Notes: generated by a model from the sequence alone, not told the origin. Counted from the stretch's first letter, positions 17,172 through 26,845 are shown. The stretch: DNA of 64,000 nucleotides from Verrucomicrobiota bacterium (GCA_050010675.1 JBEKKN010000003.1:1668-65667); one strand, 5' to 3'. A program made the numbers and translations.

Positions 17172-18320
17172 TTACCTCAGTTTCAACGTGGCCAGCGCGA
17201 CCACCGCGAACAGCACGCACAGAATGTAAAAGCGCATTACCACTTGCGATTCGTACCACCCCTTTTTCTCGAAATGATGATGCAGGGGTGCCATCAAAAA
17301 AATTCTCCGACCGGCGCCGTACCGCTTCCGCGTGAACCGAAACCAGCCGGTCTGGAGAATGACCGAAGCGGCTTCCATCACAAACACCCCGCCCGCAATC
17401 ACCAGCACAAACGGCTGGTGAATCAACACCGCGATGATGCCAAAGGCACCGCCGAGCGGAAGGGATCCGGTGTCGCCCATAAACACCTGTGCGGGATGGC
17501 AGTTGAACCACAAAAATCCGAGGCCCGCGCCGATCAGCGCGGCGCAAAAAACGGTCAACTCGCCCGCACCGGGCACATAGGGAATTTGCAGATAAGCCGC
17601 GGCCTTCAGATTGCCCGCCAGATACGTGAAAAACAAAAACACAAACGCCACGATGAGGGTGCAGCCGGTCGCCAGCCCATCGAGGCCATCCGTCAGATTT
17701 ACCGCATTGGAACTCCCGACGATCGCCAGCACCACGATGGCCAGGCCAATCCATCCCGCGTCCACCGCCACCGGATACTTGTAAAATGGCACCATGATTT
17801 CCGTCACGAGCTTGCCGGTCGAGGGGGTCAGCCACAGATACACGCCGATGAAGGTGGCCAGCAGGATTTGCACCCACAATTTCAAGCGCGGCGGGGTGCC
17901 GCCGCCGCTTTGTTGAATAATTTTGGCGTAATCGTCGTAAAATCCCAAACCCGCCAGCACGAGCACGGAAAGCAGGGTCAATTCCACCTGCGCGTTCCAC
18001 TGCGCCCATAACATGGTCGAAAACACCAGCACCGCGACGATCAGAATGCCGCCCATCGTCGGAGTGCCTTTCTTGCTGAGCACCCGCGCGCCCAAACCGC
18101 CGGCGGTCTCGGCCTTGTCCGCGTAATCCTGGCCAAATTTCAACTGCTTGAGCCAATGAATAATTTTCGGTCCGAGCCACCAGCTTAAAATCAGCGCCGT
18201 GATCGCCGCGCCGGTACTCCGGATGGTGATGTAGCGAAAGAGCCGCAAAGCGGAGAGATGATCCCCCCAACGCGTTCCCGCCGACCAATCGAGCAACTTT
18301 TGGCTCAAATAATAAAGCAT
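17172..18320 (-). CDS. mraY: Phospho-N-acetylmuramoyl-pentapeptide transferase
   Basis: 382-aa polytopic protein with MraY blocks (KKGTPTMGG, NAVNLTDGLDGLA, MGDTGSLPLGG, HHHFE). Confidence 0.95.
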   Translation of the reverse strand: MLYYLSQKLLDWSAGTRWGDHLSALRLFRYITIRSTGAAITALILSWWLGPKIIHWLKQLKFGQDYADKAETAGGLGARVLSKKGTPTMGGILIVAVLVFSTMLWAQWNAQVELTLLSVLVLAGLGFYDDYAKIIQQSGGGTPPRLKLWVQILLATFIGVYLWLTPSTGKLVTEIMVPFYKYPVAVDAGWIGLAIVVLAIVGSSNAVNLTDGLDGLATGCTLIVAFVFLFFTYLAGNLKAAAYLQIPYVPGAGELTVFCAALIGAGLGFLWFNCHPAQVFMGDTGSLPLGGAFGIIAVLIHQPFVLVIAGGVFVMEAASVILQTGWFRFTRKRYGAGRRIFLMAPLHHHFEKKGWYESQVVMRFYILCVLFAVVALATLKLR

Positions 18321-18329
18321 GGCCTTGAT

Positions 18330-19715
18330 TCACGACTGCTCCGACTTCAATGATTCCGCGATGCGTTCCAGACGCGACGCTCGCGACGCCTTCAACAACA
18401 CCACATCACCTGCCTTCAAAAAATTCTTCACTGCGCCCTTTGCCGCCTCGACATCGGCAAATTCAATCACCCGACTCAAGCCGGCTTTGCGCGCCGCCGC
18501 CCCCATCACCGGGGCCATTTTACCGACGGCAAACAACTGGCCAATGCCCAGTTCCGCCGCGCGACGGCCGACTTCCGCATGGGCGGCCTCGCTTTGCACA
18601 CCCAGTTCAGCCATGTCGCCGAGTACCGCCACCCGCCGTCCCTGCAACGGCAGATCACAAAGCGTTTCCAGTGCTGCCACCGTCGAATCCGCGTTGGCAT
18701 TGTACGCGTCGTCGAGCACCCGCACACCGCCGGCTTCCCAAAATTCCATCCGCATCCTTGCCGGTTTGCAGTCGGCCACGCCGTCCCGCACCCCGGAACA
18801 ATCCAGGCCCAGTTCCTCACCGACCGCAACCGCCAAAAGCGCATTCCCCACTTGATGGCGACCCAGCAAATTCACCCGGTACTCGCCGCTGAATTCATGC
18901 TTCGGCGCGTCCACGCGAAACGTCGCGCCGCTTTTGTCCAGCCGGACACCCTTTGCCCGCCAGTCGTTCTTTTCACCAAAGCCGACGCGCACCACCGTTG
19001 CGCGGGTGCGCCGGACGACCGCTTCCGTCCACTCGCTGTCCCCATTGACAAAGAGCCTGCCGTCGGGCGGCAACAGTTCCGCAAGCCGGCCTTCTTCCTC
19101 CGCCACACCGGCCACATCGCCAAAATATTCCAAATGCTCGCGCCCGATGCTGGTAATCACGCCGTATTTTGGCTGAATCATTTTTACCAGCGGCGCCAGC
19201 TCACCGGGATGGTTGGTCCCCGCTTCCAACACGGCGGCCTGATGTGATTTTTCCAGGCGCAACAACGTCAGCGGCACACCGATGTCGTTGTTGAAACTGG
19301 CTTCACTCCACAGGACCGTCCACTTTTGACGGAGCACCGATGCAATCAGTTCCTTCACCGTCGTTTTGCCGTTTGATCCACCCACAGCAGTCACCGGCAG
19401 GCTGAATTCCCGCCGATAGGTCGCCGCCAGCCGACCCAGCGCCCGGCGCGCGTCATCCACGACCAGCACCGCACATTCCGGCAACGCCGCGGGGATTTTC
19501 TCCCGTTCCACCACCACCGCGCCCGCGCCTTTGGCGGTGACTTCGTTCAGGAAGTCGTGACCGTCAAAGCGCTCGCCGCGAATCGCGAAAAACACATCGC
19601 CCGTCCGCGCCTGTCGCGAATCGGTGCAGATACCCTGAATGAACATCTCTCCGGAGCCGCGCTTCAATTCGGCAGCGCAGGCTTCGGCCACAAATTTCAA
19701 AGAGCGTGTTTCCAC
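18330..19715 (-). CDS. murF: UDP-N-acetylmuramoyl-tripeptide--D-alanyl-D-alanine ligase
   Basis: Contains GSNGKTT (P-loop), FNNDIGVPLTLL and DAYNANADS. The MurF-type N-terminus (TDSRQARTGDVFFAIRGERFDGHDF) argues for MurF rather than MurE. Confidence 0.9.
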   Translation of the reverse strand: METRSLKFVAEACAAELKRGSGEMFIQGICTDSRQARTGDVFFAIRGERFDGHDFLNEVTAKGAGAVVVEREKIPAALPECAVLVVDDARRALGRLAATYRREFSLPVTAVGGSNGKTTVKELIASVLRQKWTVLWSEASFNNDIGVPLTLLRLEKSHQAAVLEAGTNHPGELAPLVKMIQPKYGVITSIGREHLEYFGDVAGVAEEEGRLAELLPPDGRLFVNGDSEWTEAVVRRTRATVVRVGFGEKNDWRAKGVRLDKSGATFRVDAPKHEFSGEYRVNLLGRHQVGNALLAVAVGEELGLDCSGVRDGVADCKPARMRMEFWEAGGVRVLDDAYNANADSTVAALETLCDLPLQGRRVAVLGDMAELGVQSEAAHAEVGRRAAELGIGQLFAVGKMAPVMGAAARKAGLSRVIEFADVEAAKGAVKNFLKAGDVVLLKASRASRLERIAESLKSEQS

Positions 19716-19733
19716 GACAATGGTTCACCGCCA

Positions 19734-21641
19734 TCACGGATTTCCCGCGCTGGCCATCGACTTGACGGCGCCGGTGGCGACGAGCGGCGGCGGCGCATCG
19801 GGATCCGGTAAATTTTGCTCGGACGGAATATTCAAATAACTGGCACAACGTTCGGCAATTTCCTTGAAAATCGGGCCGCAAACCTGGCCGCCGTAGTAAC
19901 CTTCCTTGGGATCATCCATGACAATGGAAATGCAGAGTTGCGGGTTGTCCGCCGGAAAAAATCCAATGAACGATGCGAAGTATTTGCCCGGGAGATAACC
20001 GCCGGGGCCGGCTTTTTGCGCCGTGCCGGTCTTGCCTGCGACCACATAATCTTTCATGGCCGCGTCGGGCGCGGTGCCATCCGGTGAAACCACGGTTTTG
20101 AGCGCCTCGATCATCAATTTATCCGTGGCCGGACTGATGACCTGCCGGATCATCTGGGGCGCGTATTGCGCCACGACATCGCCATTGCGATCCATGAGGC
20201 GACTGACCAGCATCGGTTGCATCAAACGGCCGCCATTGGCAACGGCGCACATCGCCATGGCCATCTGCAACCGCGTCACCGCCACGCCCTGCCCCATCGG
20301 AATCTGCGCGATGGACACCTTGCTCCAATCGTTGACCGGATGCAGAATGCCGCTGACTTCCCCGGGCAGCGGTATGCCGGTGCGCTCACCAAAGCCGAAA
20401 TCCCAGGCGTAATCGTACAGCCGGTCTTCTCCCAGCCGGATCCCAATCTTTGCCGCGCCAATGTTCGACGACTTGGTAATGATGCCCTCGGTGGTCAGAA
20501 GATCGAAAGGCTCATGGTCATGCAAAATCCGTCCCGCGTAGGCAAAATGACCATGGTCACAATCAAAGGTGTCATTGAGTTGCACCACCCCGTCGTTCAA
20601 GGCGCCGGAAACCACCACAATTTTGAAGGTCGAGCCGGGTTCCATAATGTCACTGATGACCCGGTCGCGGCGGGCATCGGCGGGCGACGCGCCGGGATTG
20701 TTCGGATCGAAATTGGGCAACGTCGCCATCGCCAGAATTTCGCCCGTCTGCGGACGGATGACGATTCCGGTGATACTGATGGGCGTGTGTTTCGCCAACG
20801 CGTTGGTCAGCGCGGTTTCGACAATGTGCTGGATGACTCCATCGATGGTGAGCGCCACATTATAGCCGTCCCGCGGCGTCACATCCTGATCCCGCAAGGA
20901 CGCCAGTTCCTGGCGGCGGCGGTCCATTTCCGTGACGCGCCAGCCCGGGACTCCGCTCAACGACGAATTCAAGGACAATTCAACACCGTCCTGGCCCGAG
21001 GTTTCCAGGACCGGCTGGCCGCCCACCGACAGTTCATCGGTGTTGACAAAACCCAGCACATGCGCGGCGAGCGACCCGTTAGGGTACACGCGCAATTGAT
21101 CCTCCACGGGACCCGGAAAAATCGCCTGCGTGCGCAGGTTGCGGTAGAAGGCCCGCTGGTCCTTCGTCCAGCCTGCTTCGTCCGGGCCGACGCCAAGCCG
21201 GCTCATGGCCAATTGAATTTCCTGCCAGGTTTCATCCCTGACTTTGCGCCGCAAAACGACATAGCGGTTGGTAACCATTTCCCCCTTGTCGTTCTGCCGC
21301 GCGCGCGGAAGCAATCGCTGATACAGATCCGCCTCGTTCAGGTGCAACAACGGGGCCAGCGTGTGCGCCACCACCGCCCGCTGGTTGCCGATCAAAACCG
21401 GATCGGCACAAACCGTTTTTACAAAGATGCTGGTCGCCAGCAAATTGCCGTGCGCATCCAGGATGCTGCCCCGGCGGGGTTCGCGAAAATATTGGAGTCC
21501 CGTGTTCTGCTGCGCCAGGGCCGCCAGTTCGTCATGGCGCAACCACTGCAAATCCACGAGCCGGTAACCCAGGCCCGCAAACGCCAGGCCCAGCACCCCC
21601 AGTAACAGCAGCATCCGTCTCAGTTGCAGTCGTTTTATCAT
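19734..21641 (-). CDS. ftsI: Peptidoglycan D,D-transpeptidase (class B PBP, FtsI)
   Basis: Contains STFK (SxxK), SSN (SxN) and KTGT motifs, with an N-terminal TM. Start set at ATG 21641 (MIKRLQLRR...). Confidence 0.9.
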   Translation of the reverse strand: MIKRLQLRRMLLLLGVLGLAFAGLGYRLVDLQWLRHDELAALAQQNTGLQYFREPRRGSILDAHGNLLATSIFVKTVCADPVLIGNQRAVVAHTLAPLLHLNEADLYQRLLPRARQNDKGEMVTNRYVVLRRKVRDETWQEIQLAMSRLGVGPDEAGWTKDQRAFYRNLRTQAIFPGPVEDQLRVYPNGSLAAHVLGFVNTDELSVGGQPVLETSGQDGVELSLNSSLSGVPGWRVTEMDRRRQELASLRDQDVTPRDGYNVALTIDGVIQHIVETALTNALAKHTPISITGIVIRPQTGEILAMATLPNFDPNNPGASPADARRDRVISDIMEPGSTFKIVVVSGALNDGVVQLNDTFDCDHGHFAYAGRILHDHEPFDLLTTEGIITKSSNIGAAKIGIRLGEDRLYDYAWDFGFGERTGIPLPGEVSGILHPVNDWSKVSIAQIPMGQGVAVTRLQMAMAMCAVANGGRLMQPMLVSRLMDRNGDVVAQYAPQMIRQVISPATDKLMIEALKTVVSPDGTAPDAAMKDYVVAGKTGTAQKAGPGGYLPGKYFASFIGFFPADNPQLCISIVMDDPKEGYYGGQVCGPIFKEIAERCASYLNIPSEQNLPDPDAPPPLVATGAVKSMASAGNP

Positions 21642-21716
21642 TCCAAAATGGCCAACCGCCCGCGGCGATCGGTTCCTCACCCGACGGCGTCACGGGCGGC
21701 GGCCAAAATTCTCAGA

Positions 21717-22088
21717 TCATTGTGTCATCCCGCCATCCTGCCTTGCCGCGAACCGGCGATTCGCCTCGCCATTCGATGGCGGCTCGACCAGCCGGTAAAT
21801 CTGGGTCGGCACGGCGGGCACCAGACCCAGGTTCAATTCATGCACGCGTTGATCGACCATCATCGGCGAACGCAACACGGCCAACTGGTCGCCCAGTCTT
21901 TGGTTCTCATCGCGCAACTGCGCCAGCCGGGTTTCCGATGACGTGATCTGGCGACCCAGCTGGTAAATCTGGCCTTTTTGCCAGACGTAACCCACCGCCA
22001 GCCCGGCAATCACCAGACATAACAGCAACGCCTTCAGCGCCGGACCAAACCGGATCGCTGCCGACTGATGTTTTCGATTTTTTGCCAT
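21717..22088 (-). CDS. ftsL: FtsL-like cell division protein
   Basis: 123 aa with a single TM followed by a coiled-coil-like segment. Lies at the canonical position between rsmH and ftsI. Confidence 0.6.
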   Translation of the reverse strand: MAKNRKHQSAAIRFGPALKALLLCLVIAGLAVGYVWQKGQIYQLGRQITSSETRLAQLRDENQRLGDQLAVLRSPMMVDQRVHELNLGLVPAVPTQIYRLVEPPSNGEANRRFAARQDGGMTQ

Positions 22089-22124
22089 GTTCGTTTGTTC
22101 GATCGAAATTCGCCGTTTGTCCCA

Positions 22125-23054
22125 TCAACACTTTTCAAACACCCGCAACTGGGCGCTCCGGCTGCGCGGATTTTCCGCCAATTCAGCTTCACCCGGCTTG
22201 ATGGCCCGGCGCGCCACCCATTTCAATTCCGGCGCGCGGGGCGTACGCAACTCCGGAACGTCCACCCCCCCGGCAAACGTGTAATCCCGCGACCGGGCCC
22301 GCGCAAAATCCTTTACCACCCGGTCTTCCAGTGAATGAAACGTGATGACCGCCAATCGCCCGCCGGCTTTCAATAGGGTCACCGCTGCTTCCAGCCCCGG
22401 TTTCAAAGAGCCCAGCTCGTCATTCACCGCAATCCGCAGCGCTTGAAAAACCTTGGTCGCCGGGTGCGTTTTTTTTCCGCGCCGCGGCACCAGCCGTTCC
22501 AGCAACTCCGCCAACCGTCTCGTCGTCTCAAACCTCCGCTGCTGGCGGTCATTCACAATCGCGGCCGCCAGCCTCCGCGATTCGCGCTCACCCCCCCATT
22601 CCCAAAAAATCCCGGCCAGCTCGACGGCGCTCGCGCCATTCACCAGATCCGCCGCCGTCAGCGGTTGCCGCACATCCATTCGCATGTCCAGCGGACCGTC
22701 ATGCTGAAAACTGAATCCGCGTCCGGGCGAATCCAGTTGCGGCGAACTCACGCCCAAATCCAGCAGCACGCCGTCGCAACTCGCCGCCGGAATCCATCCG
22801 GCCAGCTCTGTGAAATTGCCGTGGCGGATTTCAAACCGGCCCGTAAATTCCCTCAGCCGCGCCCGCGCCGCTTCAACCGCGACGCCATCGCGATCGCACC
22901 CATACAGCCATCCAGTCGGCGAACTCGCGTTCAGAATGCTCGCTGCGTGTCCAGCCCCACCGACCGTGCCGTCGGCGTAGCGGCCGCCCGGCTTCGGCTT
23001 CAGCGCGTCCAGCACCTCCGCCACCATCACCGGTTTGTGAACGAAATCGGGCAC
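22125..23054 (-). CDS. rsmH: 16S rRNA (cytosine1402-N4)-methyltransferase
   Basis: HKPVMVAEVL, DGTVGGAGHA, DLGVSSPQLD and FHSLEDR blocks. GTG start. Confidence 0.95.
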   Translation of the reverse strand: MPDFVHKPVMVAEVLDALKPKPGGRYADGTVGGAGHAASILNASSPTGWLYGCDRDGVAVEAARARLREFTGRFEIRHGNFTELAGWIPAASCDGVLLDLGVSSPQLDSPGRGFSFQHDGPLDMRMDVRQPLTAADLVNGASAVELAGIFWEWGGERESRRLAAAIVNDRQQRRFETTRRLAELLERLVPRRGKKTHPATKVFQALRIAVNDELGSLKPGLEAAVTLLKAGGRLAVITFHSLEDRVVKDFARARSRDYTFAGGVDVPELRTPRAPELKWVARRAIKPGEAELAENPRSRSAQLRVFEKC

Positions 23055-23074
23055 TGCGCATTGGATTTAAAAAT

Positions 23075-23587
23075 TCAGACCGCCTTCACTCCAAATATCT
23101 TGGCGCCCAACCGGCCCCAGGACTCTCCACCCTGGGCCGGTGGCACAATCGGTTCCGCCACTTCCGGCAGCGTGCGCGATTTGATCGGTACAATCTCCAC
23201 ATCCGCGTCACTCAGATCGTTGTGCACCACCTTCACCCGGTCCAGTGAAAGCTCGGCTTGCAGGGGGCACCGCGCCTTTTCCGGTGTTGGCGGGCGCGCG
23301 TCGCGCCAGATTGAAATGGGATTTAATTTTTCCATCCAGCCCGGTTTGCGGGGAAGGGCCTTTGGAAAAGCAGGCAATTTCTGGGTCTTGGTCCCATCGG
23401 AAGCCGTCCGGCTTTTGACCGGTGCGGGCGCCACGACCGGCGCAGGCTCCGCCCGGGCCGGCGGCACAAACGGATTCTTCGGTGAAATGAATTTTGGCAG
23501 ATAGGAGCGGTCGCTGATGTGATAGGAAATCTCCCGACTTCCCCCGATGATGCTTTTTCCAGTGGCCAATAATTTTCCAAGATTCAT
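23075..23587 (-). CDS. Hypothetical protein encoded between mraZ and rsmH
   Basis: 170-aa ORF with ATG start. It is tightly packed between mraZ (10-nt gap) and rsmH (20-nt gap). Pro/Ala-rich centre. No family recognised. Confidence 0.5.
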   Translation of the reverse strand: MNLGKLLATGKSIIGGSREISYHISDRSYLPKFISPKNPFVPPARAEPAPVVAPAPVKSRTASDGTKTQKLPAFPKALPRKPGWMEKLNPISIWRDARPPTPEKARCPLQAELSLDRVKVVHNDLSDADVEIVPIKSRTLPEVAEPIVPPAQGGESWGRLGAKIFGVKAV

Positions 23588-23597
23588 AATTTTATGT

Positions 23598-24062
23598 TTA
23601 TTCCATCAACCTGAAGGCATCCGGCGCCAACGCCGCGTCGGCCGCCTGGACCTTCTCATAACGGTCCGGATTCCAGATTTCAAACCGGTCCAGCAACCCG
23701 ACCAGCACCGCTTCATTTTTCACGCCGGCCGCGCGCGCCATTTCGTCCGGCAGACAAATCCGTCCCGCCTTGTCCACGCTCGCCTGGGCCGAGTCACTGC
23801 CAATGATGCGTTTCAAAACGACCTTCTTGGGGTCGTGGTTCGGCATCTCGTCAATGGACTGCATCAATTTCCCCATCTGCCCCGGCGGCAACACCCGCAC
23901 GCAGGCCCCGACCCCCTCCCGCGGCCACAAAATGAGCGTTAACTCCCCCGTCGGCTTTTGCGGCCGCCACTTGGCGGGGATTTGCACACGCCGTTTCTCA
24001 TCCACGCCATGACGAAAGCGTGAATTGTAATAGGTCGGCTCCGCATTTATTGTGCTGCCCAT
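23598..24062 (-). CDS. mraZ: Transcriptional regulator MraZ
   Basis: Two SpoVT/AbrB-like halves (DEKRRVQIPAKWR and DKAGRICLPDEMARAAG). It is the first gene of the dcw cluster. Start set at ATG 24062. Confidence 0.9.
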   Translation of the reverse strand: MGSTINAEPTYYNSRFRHGVDEKRRVQIPAKWRPQKPTGELTLILWPREGVGACVRVLPPGQMGKLMQSIDEMPNHDPKKVVLKRIIGSDSAQASVDKAGRICLPDEMARAAGVKNEAVLVGLLDRFEIWNPDRYEKVQAADAALAPDAFRLME

Positions 24063-24094
24063 TTTATTCGCAGGACAAATGAAAAAGCCATTTT

Positions 24095-24131
24095 CACCCA
24101 CGACGACCCACTTTTAACCACTTTGACCCAC
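24095..24131 (-). promoter_or_regulatory. Candidate MraZ operator: four GTGGKT boxes at exact 10-bp spacing
   Basis: Minus strand reads GTGGGTC aaa GTGGTTA aaa GTGGGTC gtc GTGGGTG, 33-69 nt upstream of the mraZ ATG at 24062. Confidence 0.6.
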
Positions 24132-24263
24132 TCAAGTCAATACAAATTCACGTTAAATTTTAGGGGTTATTCAGAAGTTATTCACAACCCCCTTTTGGCA
24201 CAAGTCGGAGCCAAAAAATGTCACCCTGTTTTTCCATCGGCGGCCTGCTAGGATTCGGTCGCG

Positions 24264-25340
24264 ATGCGAACCGCTGATTTTGACTTTACCCTGCCGCCCG
24301 AACTGATCGCCCAGCATCCCGCGCCTCGACGCGACGACTCGCGACTGTTGGTGTGGCGACGCGACAATGGGCGGGTCGAACACCGGAAATTTCGCGAGCT
24401 GTTGGAATATCTCCACGCCGGGGACGTATTGGTCTTGAACAATTCGCGTGTCATTCCCGCGCGCTTACGCGCCACCCAGGCCGATTCCGGCGGCCGGTTT
24501 GAAATTTTGTTGGTGGAGGAAAACGCCCGCAACGATTGGTGGGCGATGTTGCGTCCCGGCAAACGCGCGCGCCCCGGCACGCCCCTGGTTCTCCAGGACA
24601 CCCAGGGCGGTCCCACCGCCATCCGCGCGATGGTTCTCGAAGTGAACGAAGCCGGTCATCGGCGGCTGCAATTCTCCGGCACCCCGGACCTCAAACAGGA
24701 GCTGGAACGGCTCGGCGAAGTTCCCCTGCCTCCCTACATCACGAGGCGCAACCCAGACGAAATGAGTGAAGACCGGGAACGTTATCAAACCGTGTTTGCC
24801 CAAACCGGCGGATCCATCGCCGCCCCGACGGCCGGCTTGCACTTCACCCCGGAATTACTGGACCAAATCCGCCGCCGGGGTGTGCAGGTTCTTTTCGTCA
24901 CGTTGCACGTCGGTCCCGGCACGTTTCTGCCGGTCAAAGCCGGGGTGCTGACCGGGCATCGGATGCACGAGGAACGGTTTGAACTGGGCGAAGAAGCCGC
25001 GCATGCCGTAAACGCAGCGAAGGCCGCTGGCCGCCGCGTCCTGGCCGTGGGCACAACGACCGTGCGCGTGATGGAAAGTGTGGCCGCGCAAAACGGAGGA
25101 AAACTTGTGAAATACTCAGGAAAAACGGGTATTTTCATCCATCCCCCGTTCCGGTTTCAAATCGTTGACGGGCTGCTGACCAACTTTCATTTGCCGCGTT
25201 CGACCCTCTTGATGCTGGTGAGCGCCTTTGCCGCACCGGAGGCGACGCGGGGGGGCGAGCTGACGTTATCCGTTTACGCGGAGGCGATTCAAGCGGGTTA
25301 CCATTTTTACAGCTACGGCGACGCCATGTTCATTCTTTAG
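24264..25340 (+). CDS. queA: S-adenosylmethionine:tRNA ribosyltransferase-isomerase
   Basis: MRTADFDFTLPPELIAQHP N-terminus, plus GSIAAPTAGLHFT, LHVGPGTF and YSYGDAMFI blocks. Confidence 0.95.
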   Translation: MRTADFDFTLPPELIAQHPAPRRDDSRLLVWRRDNGRVEHRKFRELLEYLHAGDVLVLNNSRVIPARLRATQADSGGRFEILLVEENARNDWWAMLRPGKRARPGTPLVLQDTQGGPTAIRAMVLEVNEAGHRRLQFSGTPDLKQELERLGEVPLPPYITRRNPDEMSEDRERYQTVFAQTGGSIAAPTAGLHFTPELLDQIRRRGVQVLFVTLHVGPGTFLPVKAGVLTGHRMHEERFELGEEAAHAVNAAKAAGRRVLAVGTTTVRVMESVAAQNGGKLVKYSGKTGIFIHPPFRFQIVDGLLTNFHLPRSTLLMLVSAFAAPEATRGGELTLSVYAEAIQAGYHFYSYGDAMFIL

Positions 25341-25390
25341 GTTTCCGTTTCGGTTTTTTCGTTCTAAGTTGAAGCGGCCGTGGACTCAAA

Positions 25391-26089
25391 GTGAAAACCA
25401 ATAAATCGAAGGTCCCCTTTGTCCTCGTGAACATGGCGATGACGGCGGATGGAAAAATCGCCACCGCCAATCGCGCCGTGTCCTCCTTCACCAGCACCCG
25501 TGATCACGAGCACCTGCTCGAACTGCGGGCGACGGCGGACGCCGTCATGGCCGGGGCCCGCACGGTGGATTCCGCCCCCATCAACCTCGGGCCCGGCCCG
25601 GCCCGGTACCGGCAGAAGCGGCTGCAACGCGGACTGGCGGAATATAATTTGCGGGTGATTGTCAGCCGTTCGGGTTCGATCAATCTCCGCGCCCAGGTGT
25701 TTCAGCACCGTTTCTCGCTCATTATCATCCTGACCACCCGCCGGGTTGACGCCCGTCGGCTCAAGCAGCTGCGCGCGCTGGCGGACGTCGTTAAGATCTG
25801 CGGCCGGAACGAAATCAACTTCCGCGCTGCGTTCCGGTGGCTGCGGAAGCGGTGGCGGGTAAAACGGCTGCTCTGCGAAGGCGGCGGCGAGTTAAACGAT
25901 GCGGTGTTTCGCGCGGGTTTGGTGGACGAACTTCACCTCACGATCTGTCCTAAAATTTTCGGCGGCCGGCGCGCGCCCACCATTGCGGACGGTCACGGCC
26001 TTCGGCATCTGGCCCGCGCGGCGCGGTTTCGGCTGAAATCCACCCGCCGTAACGGCAACGAGTTGTTCACCGTCTTCGACCGCGGCTGA
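25391..26089 (+). CDS. RibD C-terminal-domain (pyrimidine reductase / DHFR-like) protein
   Basis: Contains VNMAMTADGKIAT, LCEGGGELN and DELHLTICPKIFGG. GTG start. Confidence 0.7.
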   Translation: MKTNKSKVPFVLVNMAMTADGKIATANRAVSSFTSTRDHEHLLELRATADAVMAGARTVDSAPINLGPGPARYRQKRLQRGLAEYNLRVIVSRSGSINLRAQVFQHRFSLIIILTTRRVDARRLKQLRALADVVKICGRNEINFRAAFRWLRKRWRVKRLLCEGGGELNDAVFRAGLVDELHLTICPKIFGGRRAPTIADGHGLRHLARAARFRLKSTRRNGNELFTVFDRG

Positions 26090-26156
26090 TAATCATCCGT
26101 TTCCCCCGCCCTTCCAGGCTTTATGCCCGAATGGTAACCGGGCAGCCCTGAGCCAC

Positions 26157-26708
26157 TTACCGGCGCTCTTTTGCCGGATCGCCCTTCGATTCGACCTGGC
26201 GCGCCATCAGCCACAGCAGGTCGGAAAGGCGATTGAGATAAATGATGATCTCGGTGTTTTTTAGTTCGCCGGCTTCCTTGAGCGCACACGCGTGCCGTTC
26301 CGCCCGGCGGCAAACCGTTCGCGCCACATCCAGCGCCGCGGAAGTCATGGTCGCACCGGGGGTCGCCCAGCCTTTGAAACTGACCCCCTGCGCCTCAACT
26401 TCCCGGACGAGCGCGTCGAGTTTTACCGTCATCGCCGGTGCCACGACCGAATAACCGTCTTTCACATATCGCGGCAAATCTTCCGAAGCCACGGCCAGTT
26501 CGCCCATCAACGTAACGAGGTCATTTTGAATCGTCGGCAAAGGGTCGCGTATAAAATTATCTTTGGCGGTCGCGCGCGCCAGCCCGAGGGCGGCGTTCAA
26601 TTCATCCACCGTGCCGTAGGTTTCGACGCGGGGATGATTTTTGGGGACGCGCCGGCCATACATCAACGCCGTGCTACCGTCGTCGCCGGTTTTGGTCACA
26701 ATGCTCAC
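26157..26708 (-). CDS. PduO-type ATP:cob(I)alamin adenosyltransferase
   Basis: TKTGDDGSTALMYGRRVPKNHPRVETYGTVDELNAALG N-terminus; 183 aa. Confidence 0.85.
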   Translation of the reverse strand: MSIVTKTGDDGSTALMYGRRVPKNHPRVETYGTVDELNAALGLARATAKDNFIRDPLPTIQNDLVTLMGELAVASEDLPRYVKDGYSVVAPAMTVKLDALVREVEAQGVSFKGWATPGATMTSAALDVARTVCRRAERHACALKEAGELKNTEIIIYLNRLSDLLWLMARQVESKGDPAKERR

Positions 26709-26845
26709 GGCGACAGCTAATCCACGAAAGGCAGGTTTGCCAAGCAGAACCCGCCAAAAATTTCAACTCCTTCATTGGTGGTCGCCGGCCATTCCAATCG
26801 AATCCCATCTCAAAACCTGTCGCTCACGGCGGGATGCATACCGGG

